NCBI GenBank assembly: GCA_964016885.1
Contig: OZ024741.1
Span: forward strand, 268,460,001-268,524,000
Direction of reading: 5' to 3'
DNA: 64,000 bases
Source: Eledone cirrhosa
Lineage: Eukaryota
Positions 35,488 to 50,320 of the stretch are shown here, one piece after another (within the stretch, counting starts at the first letter, position 1; each line of letters begins with the position of its first letter). The translations under genes were made by a program, and so were the position numbers. The notes beneath the pieces were generated by a model. The model worked only from the letters and a program-made list of their open reading frames with translations, had not been told where the DNA came from and made no database searches.

Positions 35488-37280
35488 ATACACAATGTTA
35501 CCAGAGAGGCATTTCCCGGATAGGGGGCAATCAACCCGATTACTACAATTACAGTTAGTACTAACTACAGGGTTGCACGTGTTCCTACGGCTAGGTAATT
35601 TAGCTAAATTTGAAGCTGTGATGTTATGTGCAAGGTTAGGAGTCGTAGAGTAAGACATTTTAATAGTATTTCTATTCAAAATGTTACTATATTTATGTGT
35701 AGGGGGAAAATGCTTCGTAATAAGGGAAAGAAAGATCTTAGCTAATGGTGTGGCCACCTCCATATTATATGGTGCGTTATACCAACAAATACGACGGGAT
35801 CTATTTCTTCTAGGTCTATTTTCGTACTCTGTATATGCTACCTCATCGACAAATCCACTCCGAGCAAGAGCTTCATTATAATAAGTGGAATGGTCGTTGA
35901 AAATATGCTCGTTAGTAGATAGACGGGAAAGCCTCAACGAAACGTTTCTTACCAGGTTCTTGGTTATGCTGGCAGGATGGTTGGAATGCTTACTTATGTA
36001 ATTAAGCGTATCATTCGGCTTTCTAACGGGTAATACAACCCATTCGATAAATTGAGGGTAACGTCGAGGTAATTAACGACCGAGAGATTGGCCTCAACCT
36101 GTATAGAGAGGTTGAAGCCTTTAAAGAAGGCTGTGAGTTCTTTTCTGAACCTGTCGCAAGCACGAGGTCCGCACTTAGTCATGGTTAAAAGACCATCATC
36201 ACGGTACAAACCACCGCCCGCTTTGGGGAATTCGTCCTTGATAGAGAAAAGAAGGAAAAGGCCAATAAGATCAGTAACCTCCGCAGAATCGCTGGCGCCC
36301 ATACTCACGTCGAATGGGGGTACTATTGGATTTTTTAATCCAAATAGAGTCGTCGAAATTAATCACTGACTTACGGGCATTGAGGATGACATCAACTTCG
36401 AAATCCTTAACCACTGTGAGTGTTTTACCGAAATTGATAGCTCTAAGAAGTGGTAAAGCGATAAAGTGATGGAGGAGTAGTAATTGTTGATGTCGAATTG
36501 GATAAAACGGCAATGTTCCTTGTTGCATATGCCATTGAACCAATCAATCACCGCGAAAGAATTGTTCCACAGTGCAAGAGGGGCCAAACTTCTAATTTCA
36601 GGCATAATTCTATCAAGAATCGTTTTACTAAGTCTACCTAAATCGGACTTCGTAGCGTTAATAAGCCGAATAGAGGGGTTGTTCGGAAAATTGGATTTGT
36701 GATCCATCAGGGTAAAGTGGGGAGAAATAGGGTCCAGAGGTTCGGTCCGGTCCAGGATGTTGAGATCAGATGTGATTTTAAACCCAGCATCGTTGATTTC
36801 ATTGATGACGCACCGATTAGTTTTACAGTAATCCTTAGTTACAGCATTATGTAGTAGTTGATGGTAAGTACTGCGCTCCACTTGATATAGGTTGCCAGTT
36901 TTGTCGGAATGGACGTGCACGGCATTAGAATCCTTAATAGAACGAATTCTATTCTTCAGGTCCTGCCGGAAGGAATTGCTCCTATTACGAAATTTGATAC
37001 TCCGTATGAGTTCCAAGAAATCATTTTCGAAGGGTAGCAATGCTGGGTTACACGGGGGGTTATTATAGGTTTTAAACCCAAATTTATCCTGTTTGTTGTC
37101 TGCTTTTCGCGGATTATCGAAATAAAAGGCACGCCAACCCAACCTTTTAATGAACGCGTCTGTTTTTTGTATCAGGAGTTTTAGATATGTTTTCCTGCTT
37201 GGTACGGGTATGTTCTTTGTAGAAATATTCAGATGTTGTTTCTGCATGATGAATATAAGTCAATAGAGTGCTCAACCGAT
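35488..37280 (-). mobile_element. Penelope-like retroelement (probable Hydra clade), three frameshifts, GIY-YIG domain truncated
   Basis: Consecutive ORF pieces: STKNIPVP..FIKRLGWRAFYF..SDKTGN..FDINNYYSSI; ILNARKS; MGASDSAEVTDLIGL..GLYRDDGL..NYLDVTLNL; WYNAPY..KHFP..NRNTIKMSYS..CNCSNRVDCPLSGKC..NIVY. Confidence 0.9.
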
Positions 37281-38460
<1,180 letters not shown>

Positions 38461-39453
38461 GGTCCATCTGGTTCCTTACCACATTTCCTTCGTCATATAT
38501 ATATATGTATATATATATCTAGATAGAGAGATATGTGTATATATATATATATATCTAGTGTGTGTGCTCTATATCAGCAATATCTCTCTCCATCTTGTGT
38601 GCCTGTTCGTGAGCAGCGTTGTTTCGCTACTGACTGTTGACCGCCTGTCACTGTTGTTCACACAACCCTCCCTCCTTTTTTCTCTCTCTCTCTCCCTCTC
38701 GCCTTCCTCCTCCGCCTCCCCTTTAAAATATTTGGTTCGTTTGGAGGTCAAAGTGACATTTTTTGAAAGAACAAGAGAAAAGAATAGCAAAGTGGAGATA
38801 TTCAATCTAGAATGAGAGAAATAGATAGAAACAGAAAGACCATCAGAGAGAGAGAGAGGGATAGATAGATAGAAAGAGAGGTGAGGGGTGGATATTGACA
38901 GATGGGGAACACAATCACGGGATATTGGTGAAGGTTTGGTAAGATGCGTGTGTGTGTTTGTGTGTATGGGGGGCGGATAATATATAGGTACACCGTGTAC
39001 TGAGTTAGAAGCATTTCTTTACATTCGCTGGATACACACACACACACACGTGTGTGTGTGTGTGTGTGTGTATGCAGCCATTCATCCATCTCTACACACA
39101 CATGTATATATGGTCATTATATAAGTAGATTACATATGTAGAATATAAAAAAAAAAGAGTAGCATAGTTCTTTTTCTCTTTCTCTCTCGATATTGTAATA
39201 ATGTGGGTAGAAAGTTAAGGGGGCTTGAGGGGTTTGATTTTGTGTTTAAAGGAAACTAACAGAAAAGAAAGTTGGAAATAATTTATAGAAATGTTCGTTC
39301 AATAAACATTATTTTTTCCTTTTCGACTAAGAATGCAGTGCGTTCAGTTGCTAAATTGAAAATTGTAAAACTTGCAGCTTGGAGATGATGGAGACTTTTG
39401 TCAATGCAGTATAGAACAACAACTATATATGGATATAAGACTAGGGACTTGAA

Positions 39454-39455
<2 letters not shown>

Positions 39456-39531
<76 letters not shown>
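39456..39531. repeat. (CT)n microsatellite
   Basis: Pure CT run. Confidence 0.98.
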
Positions 39532-39535
<4 letters not shown>

Positions 39536-39581
39536 GTGTGTGTATGTGGATGTGTGTATATATGTAGAAATAAAATATGTA

Positions 39582-39628
<47 letters not shown>

Positions 39629-39721
39629 AAATGTAAAATGTGTATGTAAAAAGTAAACAGAAATAACAAAGCAAATGACACAGTACATTGCAGAAATATA
39701 TTTAACACTTGAACTAACAAG

Positions 39722-39765
39722 GAGTTTTAACGTTTCGGACACTAGTCCTTCATCAGAAGATAGAA
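39722..39765 (-). ncRNA. Minimal type-I hammerhead ribozyme motif (Penelope pLTR type)
   Basis: Minus strand TCTT-CTGATGA-A-GGAC-TAGT-GTCC-GAAAC-GTTA-AAA: both core boxes, a 4-bp stem II and palindromic AACGTT at stem III; stem I is weak. Confidence 0.65.
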
Positions 39766-39900
39766 TTAGAAATAAAAGATGAAATAGAAAGATAAAGAGG
39801 AAGGAACGGAAAAAATGAGACCCCCTCCACGTATATATATATGCATGTGTGTTTGTATGTATACTACTGTTATAGTTGTTTCATATATTGGTATTTATTA

Positions 39901-40085
39901 TGGATTGGCAGTATCGGTAGAGGGTCGGACGCCATGCTTTGACGCATAGAGTTACGGCCCTTGCCATTCTGAGTTCAAATCCCGCCGAGGTTAACTTTGC
40001 CTTTCATCCTTATGGGGCCAATAAAATAAAGTACCAGTAATACACTGGGTAATTGCTGGCCTTGTGCCAAAAGTAGAAACAATTA
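39901..40085 (+). mobile_element. Young family-A tRNA-derived SINE
   Basis: Very similar to 37583-37765. Confidence 0.85.
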
Positions 40086-40438
40086 TATATTGTAGAGCAA
40101 TATCTGACATAGAATTCCAAATGAGGTTGACAGTTATAATAGAAAACTCACACACTCACACCTATGTATGCACATACATATATGTAATATATGAGTCAAG
40201 TGGCGGGGTGAGGTAGAAAGTTTTTACCCCTATCTATTTTTATAGATATATGAACATTTTACCAAATTTCACAGTGAAACAATTGTATTAAAAAACCCCC
40301 ATAATTTATATTATATTATGCTAAAAAAAATAACCTTTGAACGTTTTTCAATTTATTATGTTTATATTTTTAAATTCAAAGGTTTTTATACACATACACA
40401 CATATGTATATATAATACACGCATATGCCCCCCCCCCA

Positions 40439-40492
<54 letters not shown>

Positions 40493-40502
40493 CGCACACA
40501 GA

Positions 40503-40570
40503 CAGGGTGTCTCCAAAAAATGTATTCACACTTCATTTTAATCAGTGTGTATACATTTTTGGAGGACACC

Positions 40571-40573
<3 letters not shown>
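40503..40573. mobile_element. 71-bp Tc1/mariner-type micro-MITE (hairpin)
   Basis: CAGGGTGTCTCCAAAAAATGTATTCACAC ... GTGTGTATACATTTTTGGAGGACACCCTG|TA. Confidence 0.75.
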
Positions 40574-40614
<41 letters not shown>

Positions 40615-40911
40615 ATTTCACACCGGAACCCTGAAAATTGTTTTCATCTAAGTTCCGTTTATTCTTATCTTCCCATGGCTCCTAAAAGATTTTTAGACAA
40701 GTTTTTATTAGTATTTTGTTTTTGTTGCTTTCAAATGACAAACGTTTTTTTGTTCTAAAACGGAATGACATTTCTTTGACATAATAAATAAAGTACGTGT
40801 GTGTGTGTGTTTCAGGAGAGAGAAATAGAGAGGGGGAGGGGTTGAAAATGAAAGTAGGACAACATGTAACAATAGCTATGAAATGTTTATTTTCTTATAT
40901 AGTTAATATAA

Positions 40912-40976
<65 letters not shown>

Positions 40977-41597
40977 AAAATTGGTGGCTGGGAACGACTC
41001 AAGTTAACCGAGTTTGTTTGTTCTAATGTTTTTTTTTATTTTTTTTTTATTTAAAAAAACAACAACTTTTGTTTAGTTCCTTTGAATCTCTGAACGAATA
41101 AATGTTTTTCATTAATTTCGATGTTATTCAATAGCCTGATAATCAGCTGAAGTTGTCATCACTTTCTTGTTAATAGTAGGTGATGATGGTGGTGGTAGTG
41201 GTCTGTTGTTGCCATTGCATTTTAGGTGCGTCTTAGGTTACTTCTGAAGCATATATGTTTACAGAAGGAAATTTCTGAAACATATGTGTGTGTGTACAGA
41301 AGGAAAAAAAAACTTAAAGGATAAATAAGAAAAAAAACAGCACCTGTCTATATCATCATTTGTCAACTTGGCCTACACCTATATCTATGTACTTCCAACT
41401 GTTACACACACATACATTCATGTACACATGTACATATACACACTCACGTACATATACACACACACGAATACACAACAGTGGCAGCAATAGTAGCGATGAA
41501 TAGCAGTAATACTACAGCTGCTGGTTCTAGCTACGTATGTATATAGCATATTCTTTCTTTCTCTTCTCCCTCCCCCCTCTCTCTCTTACTATATCAC

Positions 41598-41691
41598 ATG
41601 TATGTATGTATGTATGTATGTATGTATGTATGTATGTATGTATGTATGTATGTATGTATGTATGTATGTATGTATGTATGTATGTATGTAT
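41598..41691. repeat. (ATGT)n microsatellite
   Basis: Pure tetranucleotide run. Confidence 0.97.
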
Positions 41692-41799
41692 CAATAAACA
41701 TTCCAATAGTCAACATTTCTGTCCACGTGTATTATGCAGATTTATGTCTGTATATATGCATGCAAATATGTATGCATGCATGTACGTACGTATGTATAC

Positions 41800-41834
<35 letters not shown>

Positions 41835-42682
41835 CATCTATGTGTGTATGTAGTGATTGTGTTTCAGAGTGGCGCTGCAAAGCGCAGTATAAATGAAGAA
41901 AGCTAGTTAAATATAGTGGAGTGATGAGAGATTGATGAAGAGAATGTAAACATGGATAACTTCTCCCCAACTCCCTATATGTCGCCTTACAGTTGGTTCC
42001 ACGCCTCGCCTTCACACACACACACACGCGCGCACACACAACCACACACGGTTATCATGTAAACAGTTTTTCGTTGGTTTCTGATCTCAAGTTGAACAAG
42101 ATTACTCAATAGATACGAATACACACACACATACATGTGTATGTATGTATGTATGAATGTATGTATGTATGTATGTATGTATGTATATGTGTATATCTAT
42201 CTTTCTGTCTCTCTGTTCGGTATTGATGTTTGATGTTTTTATACGCCTTACTGTTTTAGTAATAACTACAATGTGTGTGTGTATATATATATAGATGTAT
42301 ATATATGTATATGTGTGTGTATTAATATATGTAAGTGTGTGTAATAAATGCTTCTTTAGTTGTGAGCGTGTATGTATGTATGTATGTGCAGACGTACACA
42401 TGAACGTTTGTGATATATGTACACATACAGCAAAAAGAGTAGATAAACAGTAAATAGAGAGGAAGTGTTTGTTGATGTGAGATAATGAGAGAGGGTGGGG
42501 GAAATAGGGCGAGAGACAGTGAGAGAGAGAGAGAGTCATTTTCCACGTCGTGACTCCGTGTGTCGGACGTGTGTGACAGTTGGAACCATCAACTGCAGGT
42601 AAGAAAACACCTAGCTATCTATTCTATCTACCCGCCCTACACACACACACACATACGTACATAAATATACACACGTTCATAT

Positions 42683-42740
<58 letters not shown>

Positions 42741-43329
42741 GTGTGTGTGTATATACACGTATATATGTATATATATTTATGTATACAACATACTTAAATA
42801 CACGCACATACATAAAACTGATCCAGTCTTCTCTCTTTGCTTTATATCATTTTCTCTTCTTTGCCTTGGATAAACGATTTATTCCCCCTCCTCCTTTACA
42901 CACACATACGTCGACCCAATCAGTGTAAAATAGATAGATAAATAGATAGATAGATATAGAAGTCCTACTACGACTTTGGCCACTGTCAAGACGTAGATTA
43001 TATAAATACGTTGGTCTACTCTACTGTTTTGCTTCGTATTTCTCTAGTGTGTGTGTATGTAAGTGTAAGATTAGCTTTATGGTCGTTGTTTGTGTTCGTA
43101 TTTCAAATTATACAGGCGATTATAACACTCTCTTCCTCTCCTGTTCTTTACCATGCATATTTATAGAGAACATGGTTTAGTTTTTTTTTTTTTATATATA
43201 CACTGCATATAATAAATACTGTGTCAGTCAATAAGTAGATGTTACTAATGTAAAATATAATATATAGCAACTCTTTATTGTTTGTTTATTTTTTGCCCAA
43301 TGTTTTCAACCATGCTTTTTGATAACTGC

Positions 43330-43362
<33 letters not shown>

Positions 43363-45269
43363 TTAATGTTGATGGTGAAAGGAGGAGGCATCATCGTATA
43401 TAGAGGAGGAAGAGGAGGGACGATGATGCATTATTTATTCTCGTTTCACAACCACCATCTAAATTAGAACACTAACTGATGATAGTTCTTAGATTTAAGA
43501 TGTTTTTGTAGCTCTCTGCTTCTTTTTTCTGCTACCTTAATATCTCTTTCCCATGTTTTTGTAAATAGATTACACTTTTTCCCCCTTGTCCCCTAAAACA
43601 GCGGCCGGTAAAAGGGGGGGGGGGATTAAAAACCCTCCATTCTACTTTCTCTCTTCAATTCTGTAAACAAAAGCAACATTTTTTTTTGCTGATAAAAATA
43701 ACAACATCGCTCTTAGTGGAATCTGCTTCAAGAGAGACTGACAAGACTATAAAGGTTACAGATTATGGATCAGATATAATTTAAACAGCGACCGTAGAGG
43801 AAGAGTGCTTTAAAAACTGGCTATCATTACTTTATAGCATTAATCAACAGCCACTTCCATCTTTACCTTTATTGATATTCGTTAGTTTCCAGAACCACTT
43901 CCATACCAACTTCAACTCACACCAAACTACATTTTCTACAACTTAAAACGATATTTCCGACATATATTTTCGTAGAATTCTCCGTTTTAGAAAATTCCTC
44001 TGCATGTCAGAGGACTTAAAAGTTGGCTATGATAATTATAAAATGGAGGGTTGATTTATAATACTCTTGCTATTAAGATTCGGTCACTCATTTTATGGCC
44101 TTAATATAGTTGTTGCTGTTAAATTCTCCCTTATCCCCCCTTTTTTTGTTTTGGTTTCATTCCCATCTCTTATTTATAAATGTGGACCTACCCTTTGCTT
44201 CATCTTACGACATACCTTTCAGACTTTTTGGTGCTCCACAATAGAGAAAGAGAGAGAGGGGGTAATGTGAAGGAAAGATGAATAAAGGAATGATATAGAG
44301 AGAGAAAGATAGAACTAGAGAGAGGGGGTTATAGGGAAAAAGAGAGTGAGGGATATAGGGAGAGAGAGGGGGGGGGGGCATTTTACAAAGTTATTGACAA
44401 GTTGTTGCGTGATATGTTTGACACCCTTATATTTTTGTCATTCTACGGACGTTTTATCGGTTTGGATGTGGTTTCCATCCTTAGCAAAAATGCTGGCAGT
44501 TCTGCCATAGCTATTACACATCACAAGTTCTGTATAAATATGATGAACCTTTCACCCCCCCCCCCCCGTGCTATCGTTGTTACATCAACGTTACACCCTA
44601 AGCCCCCCTCCCTCTCATACCAAAAACAAGCAAAAACAATATTTTCCTTTCATCTTTTGACACATTTCATTTGGTTTATTAGAGACAACGATACAGCTAC
44701 TCTATTTGTTTTCTTTAACATCCATCCCAAATAAATGGTTAAGATAGCCTAAACAAAATTTCATCATTTATCATACATACACCCACCTTCAAGCACACCA
44801 ATCTACACACCCCACCTTCTGTTTCTAAACTAATGTATATTAGGTCACTGTAGGCTGACCTTAATTTGTTTCAAATTTGACCTCTGAAAGAAATGTCAAC
44901 AGTTAGTTTTAGAAGAGAAAGAAGCCAGGCATATTGGATATATATATTGTTGAGAATGTTTCTTTTCTATATCCATTTTTACTGCTTTTGCGGAGACGTG
45001 TAAATATAGCAACTTCTTTCTTTCCACCTCTTTCTTTCATAGCACTAATGCTAGCGACATCTGGATGACGACGACAATGATGATGACGATAGTGATGATA
45101 GTAATATAAATAATATTGTTTTTCTCCCTCCCGTCCCATCATTCTGTTAACCCTTGCATTGTCATATTTTTAATGAAAGGCACTTGTCTTTGATTTCTAA
45201 ATAATTCTAAAAATAATCAAGAATTTGAAGTGATTTACTAATATAACTTTCTTATTAAGTTCATGTTTG

Positions 45270-45465
45270 AGGGCGATAGATTGGCGGGTTTGTTAGAACG
45301 TCGGATAAAATGTCATTCCGATGTCTGGTCCGGCTCTTTAGATTCTGAGTTCAAATTCCGTCGAGGTTAACTTTGCCTTTCGTCCTTCTGGGCTCGATAG
45401 AACAAAGTTCCATTCACGTACAGGGGTCGATGTAATCATTACACATTGTTGGCCTTGTAAACAAA
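45270..45465 (+). mobile_element. Family-A SINE nested in a TTAA-MITE remnant (~45148-45510)
   Basis: ggcgatagattggcggg...ctgagttcaaattccgtcgaggttaactttgccttt; the flanks match the MITE seen at ~14140-14330. Confidence 0.7.
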
Positions 45466-46264
45466 GTTTATACATAAAATTATGATGAAAGGTTTTTAGA
45501 TTAATTTATCAACTGTTCATGGCACAAAAATAACTTTAGATTTTTCTTCTTTTCGGGGTTACCTTAAAGGGGAGTTTATTTAGACAACCCAAAACAGCAT
45601 AGGAACTAAATAATATTCAATAAGAAATTAGTGTTGGTTTCGATACACTGCATAGAAAGCGTTCGAATTCTGTGAAGCTAAATAAAATGGAAGTCATTTC
45701 CGAGATAGTTGGAAGTTATTTCCAAGGTACATAATAAATGTATCGAAAGGGAAAATTTAGTTACATTTGTATTAAAAAAGAATAGTTATTAACATTTTAA
45801 AATTATTTTTGAGCCGCTCCATATAAAGAAGAAAAATCTCATTTAATTTATCTATTTTAATTTTTAATTTTTAGTGTAACCAAATTTTTTACATCTAATA
45901 TTTAATTTGAATGAAATTTTGTAGGATATTGTTTTTTAAAAGTCCTTTGCACGAATTTTCAACGTACCCCCTCGCTGTCTTTAAATAAAACTATTTCCCC
46001 TTAAATAGTTATTGAGGTAATTTCTGTAAAATTCTTATCTTAAACAAAAAAAAAAAAATAAGATAGACTTATTACAAAATGTATTTGGAATATTTAATTT
46101 ATTCGTAAAAAGAACACACAAAACAAAACATTTCTTAATAGTAGATACATTTTCGTCATTAATGTAAGTTTAAAATTTGAAAAAACCACATGGGAAGCTG
46201 TTTACAATTTGCAGTGCTTGAATATAACTTTTTTTTTTTTATTTACTTTTTTATTATTTTAAAC

Positions 46265-46570
46265 TATGGCTGTGTGGTTAAGAAGTTTGCTTTGCAACCG
46301 CGTAGTTTTCGGTTCTAACCCACTGTTATTTTACTGTATGTAACCTTTGGGTTGACCAGTTTCTCGTATATAAACTATAACGAAGTCCATTGCATGTGTG
46401 TATGTTCTCTTTGCATTCGATATCGTAATGAGTGATATTTGTTTGTTTCGCGTAAACAGATGTCTCACTTCTCAGTAGTTACACACGTGAAAATTCGTAC
46501 TTAAACAAAACAAAAGCGAGTGAGGATTGGTGTCAGGAAGGGCACCTACCCGACCATGCAATTCTATCTC
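46265..46570 (+). mobile_element. tRNA-headed SINE with RTE-like tail (family D)
   Basis: tggctgtgtggttaag...ggttctaacccactg...ttggtgtcaggaagggca, the last part shared with the RTE 3' UTR; minus-strand relative at ~52065-52450. Confidence 0.6.
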
Positions 46571-46639
46571 GAAACGTCTCGTCTAACTCATTGAAAAACG
46601 AACAGCTGGGAGTGAGAACTTGCATTTAGCGGTTAGGGT

Positions 46640-47090
46640 GGCTGTGACTTTCGGAAGTTTTCTCTCTCCCCCTCCTTCTTGAGAGGGTCGTAGAGGCAGA
46701 GTTTTCAGACACGCCTTCCAATGGGTCTTAACAGAAGCAACTGTCTCCACATGATCCGGCTGGATCCACAAGCGAGACTAGCCGATCTCATGGATATTAT
46801 CCAACTGTCTACCTCTGGCTCTCCTGCCAATTGGTTTTACCCATAAAATCTGATTCCTTCCTTAGACATTCTAATCACATGCCCGTAATATCGGAGTTGG
46901 GATCTCTATATTCGAAGAAGTAGCGGCTCTACCTGGATCGACTCCCTGATCTCCGAGCTAGACACCCTATAGAATAACATAACCTTACGCCACAGACCCT
47001 TCGGAGGAACCCCATTTCGGTCGCTTGTATTCGCGATCTTATTCTTTGTCCTTGCACAAATTGAAGATAGCGTGTTTGGCTTTTGCACCT
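46640..47090 (-). mobile_element. Rex3/Expander-like RTE LINE 3' fragment
   Basis: RVSSSEIRESIQVEPLLLRI..RSQLRYYGHVIRM..GRRARGR..LDNIHE..LWIQPDHVE..WKACLKTLPLRP. Confidence 0.8.
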
Positions 47091-47230
47091 ATCTTTGGGG
47101 AATTTTGTTTTTTTATCATATTTTTTTCACGAAAGAGTCCACTTTGCATCGTCCCGTATCGTCTTTAATATTTTCTTTATGTCAGTCTTGTGTGGCTAAT
47201 AATGAAATCATCATCATCATTATTATTTGA

Positions 47231-47450
47231 AGGGCGGTTAATTGGTGGACTCGTTAGAGCCTCGAACAAAATGCTTTGCGGCATTTATTCCGAGTCTCTC
47301 TTAGCGTTCTGAGTTCAAATCCGGCATCTGCTTTTATCCTTCCGAGGTCGATAAAATAAAGAACCGATCGTGAACTGGGGTCGATTTAATCGGCTTTCTC
47401 CCAACCTTTCAAATTGCTGGCCTTGTGCCAAAAGTAGTAACAACTATTAC
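47231..47450 (+). mobile_element. Family-A tRNA-derived SINE
   Basis: Full family-A consensus including aattgctggccttgtgccaaaagtag. Confidence 0.8.
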
Positions 47451-50019
47451 CTAACCCACTTTAAATATCGATATGCATTGTTACCAACCATGTAAAGTAT
47501 ATTCTTTGCAAGTTTGACAAGAAAAAAAACAAACAAACAATGACATAAATTATTGGATTATTATCATTTGAATATTAAACATTTCGCAAATTAGTGTTCG
47601 TATTTATTGTTTACGTTGAGAGGTGATTGATAGTTTGAATTATTACATCACTTTACCACAGGGAGCAAGCAGATTAGCTAGGCCATAAAACTTAAGTAAT
47701 GTCAGTCCGCCCTTGCTGCCCGCACGACTCTTCTTCCTTCCTTTCCTTGGTGCTTATGTATTATGTTATTACAGATACTGTCAGTTGCTGTTCCAAATTG
47801 AGACAGTAATAGTAGTAGTAGCAGCAGCAGGAGTAGTAGTAGAAGCAGCAGCAATAGTAGTAGTAGTAGGCATGATAGTATAACTTATGTGGTTGGCTGC
47901 TCCCCACCCTCACTAATGTTACAATGACATCGAATTAAGCTATTAAAAATATAATTAATTTTTCTCTTTAAGAATGCTCTATATATTATTGTTATTACTA
48001 TTATGCCTTGCCTACCTGCTTAACAACTTGCTGCTCAAAACTCATCCTATATTCATTGAGCCTCTACGAATTTACGACCTCACCCACAGACTCTATCTAG
48101 TTAACGAATCGGAGAGTAAGAGGAAAGAAGAAAAATGTTTGCTGTTTGTTTTGTAAGTGATTTAATACTAAAAATAAAAAAATAAAAATTGCCATGGGTA
48201 TTTTTTAGTGGTTCTTAATGAATCTTGTGAATAATTATTGTTAAGGGAACAAGTTCACCTAATGAGCTGTGTAATAAAGTCTACCACCTGCAGTTGAAAT
48301 AAAGTTTCTTTATAAATAAATAACACTACTTGCTAAGAGAATTTATTTCAGCATTGTCTATTTATATCTGTCATTAACTGCTTGAGTATATATACATCAC
48401 TAGTTCTGCACATGGTTTCTAGTAGTGAATCTACTGCTTATTTCACACATCCACTCGATATTTTCTTGATTTTCTACTTTAGCTAAGAACAAAAAACAAA
48501 ACAAAACAACAAAACAAAAAAATAACTTCCAAATATTTCTTTCGTTCACTAATTATTACATTATTATGTAATACTGACATGTGTTGTTACATCAATTATA
48601 TTGCCATTAGCTGTACATTATATATTTTAGCGGGAAGGTGTGTGTATGTGTGAACATGTCTCTACTTTCACGTGTTACATTGAAATGCACGTTGACATGT
48701 ATTCTTATTTTTTATGTCAGTGCTAAATTTTGTAACAGCAACTTTTTCGCGCGCCGCTCATGCACAAGCCTCATTTTAGATTTGTTTACAATTGAAACAG
48801 CAGTGAACTTGAAGCATGCATTATAATGTTTATACTCTATCATTGTCAATATTTACGTTCATTTTTTTTTTCATGCTCGTATTTGTTGAACGAGTCTTCT
48901 CTAACATTATATTTTGTCATCTCTTTCGTGAGATGACCCCTAACCCCTTCCCATGTCTTCAGCATGTTTGTTTTCCCTATTTGGGATCATTTTTGTACAT
49001 ATTTACCCAACTGTCATCCTTCATACACGTTACACGTTCCTACTATTGCAGCCTTCTTTTGTACACTACCTACGACTTGTTTTTATAGCCAGTTTCTCTT
49101 TCAGTTCATTTTCTTCTTCTGTTCATGTACACACCCATTAGTGTATGCTCCCCCACTCCATCCTTGCACATCCTTTGCATTTGTGGTCCAATTTTTCGTC
49201 ACCGTGCAACATTGCACTTTGTACATAAGCATCATACTATCTGCCTTTCACATAGCGAAAATCCCCATATTTGCCTGCAAAACTTTTACCTCTCAGTTCT
49301 AACTATGGTAACATCTGCTGCCACTGTTAATTAGGTCACTTAGGTAACGAAAGTTATCTACCACGAGATATCCTGTGCATTTCGAAAAATTTATTTCATG
49401 GGTTCTCTTACTGCGAACCACTCTTGTTCATATGTCACATACAAAGTCTTCCTTCTCTGTCAGCTTGTCTGTGATTCAACTACATATCTTGTACACCCAT
49501 AGTTTACATTTGCTACAGAGAAGAGAGTTCCTATCTACTCCTGTTTTTTGTATTGAGCATGGCCACTTCTCAGATGGCAGTAGAGTTTTATTTTAATTAT
49601 TTCTAATTAAAACTTTTTTTTTAAAGGTTTACTTAAAACTTTCTCAATTCTAGGCTTCACTTCCATGTTTGGAATTTTTTTCTTTAATTCTTGAACAGAT
49701 TCAGCTAAGTGAACTAGGTCATCAGCATACAGGAGTTTCTATGAACAACCAAGTCTTTTGTTATGGCTTGGAGAACTGAAATAAACAGAAGGGGATGGAG
49801 AACTGAGCCCTGATGGACTTAACCTGTAATCTAAATTCTTCACTGAATTCATTGCCAACTCTCACTTTGCAGACATCATTGATTATATAACTATGATGCC
49901 ATGTAGCTGGTTCCCCATGGCTAGACCCTCTATCTCACCTGCATTCTCTTCATTTAACAACCTCTCATAGTGCCATTTCCATGTCTCTTTCCACCACTCG
50001 TTGGGTTAAGTATACCTGA

Positions 50020-50320
50020 TATCTGTGGCAGTGAATTGCTGTTTTGTTCCAGCTCTCTGTGTTCTCAGTTCAAATCTTGCCAAGGTCAACTTTACCTTTT
50101 ATCCTTTTGAGGTCAATAAAAAAAAGTTCCAGTCCAGCACTGGGATTAATTTTTTTCCTCTATATCTCTTTCTCACTTCTTCTTTTGAGGAAATCAGCTG
50201 TGCTCCAACCTGGTGAGGGGATGGGCTCCACCAGGTTCAAACTATCCAAGACATGCTATATTTCATGACAGCACCCCTATGACTCCATCTGGAGTTACAG
50301 GTCTATACATACCTATCTGA
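50020..50320 (+). mobile_element. Family-A SINE with 3' extension
   Basis: ggcagtgaattg...cagttcaaatcttgccaaggtcaacttt...gaaatcagctgtgctccaacctgg. Confidence 0.7.
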
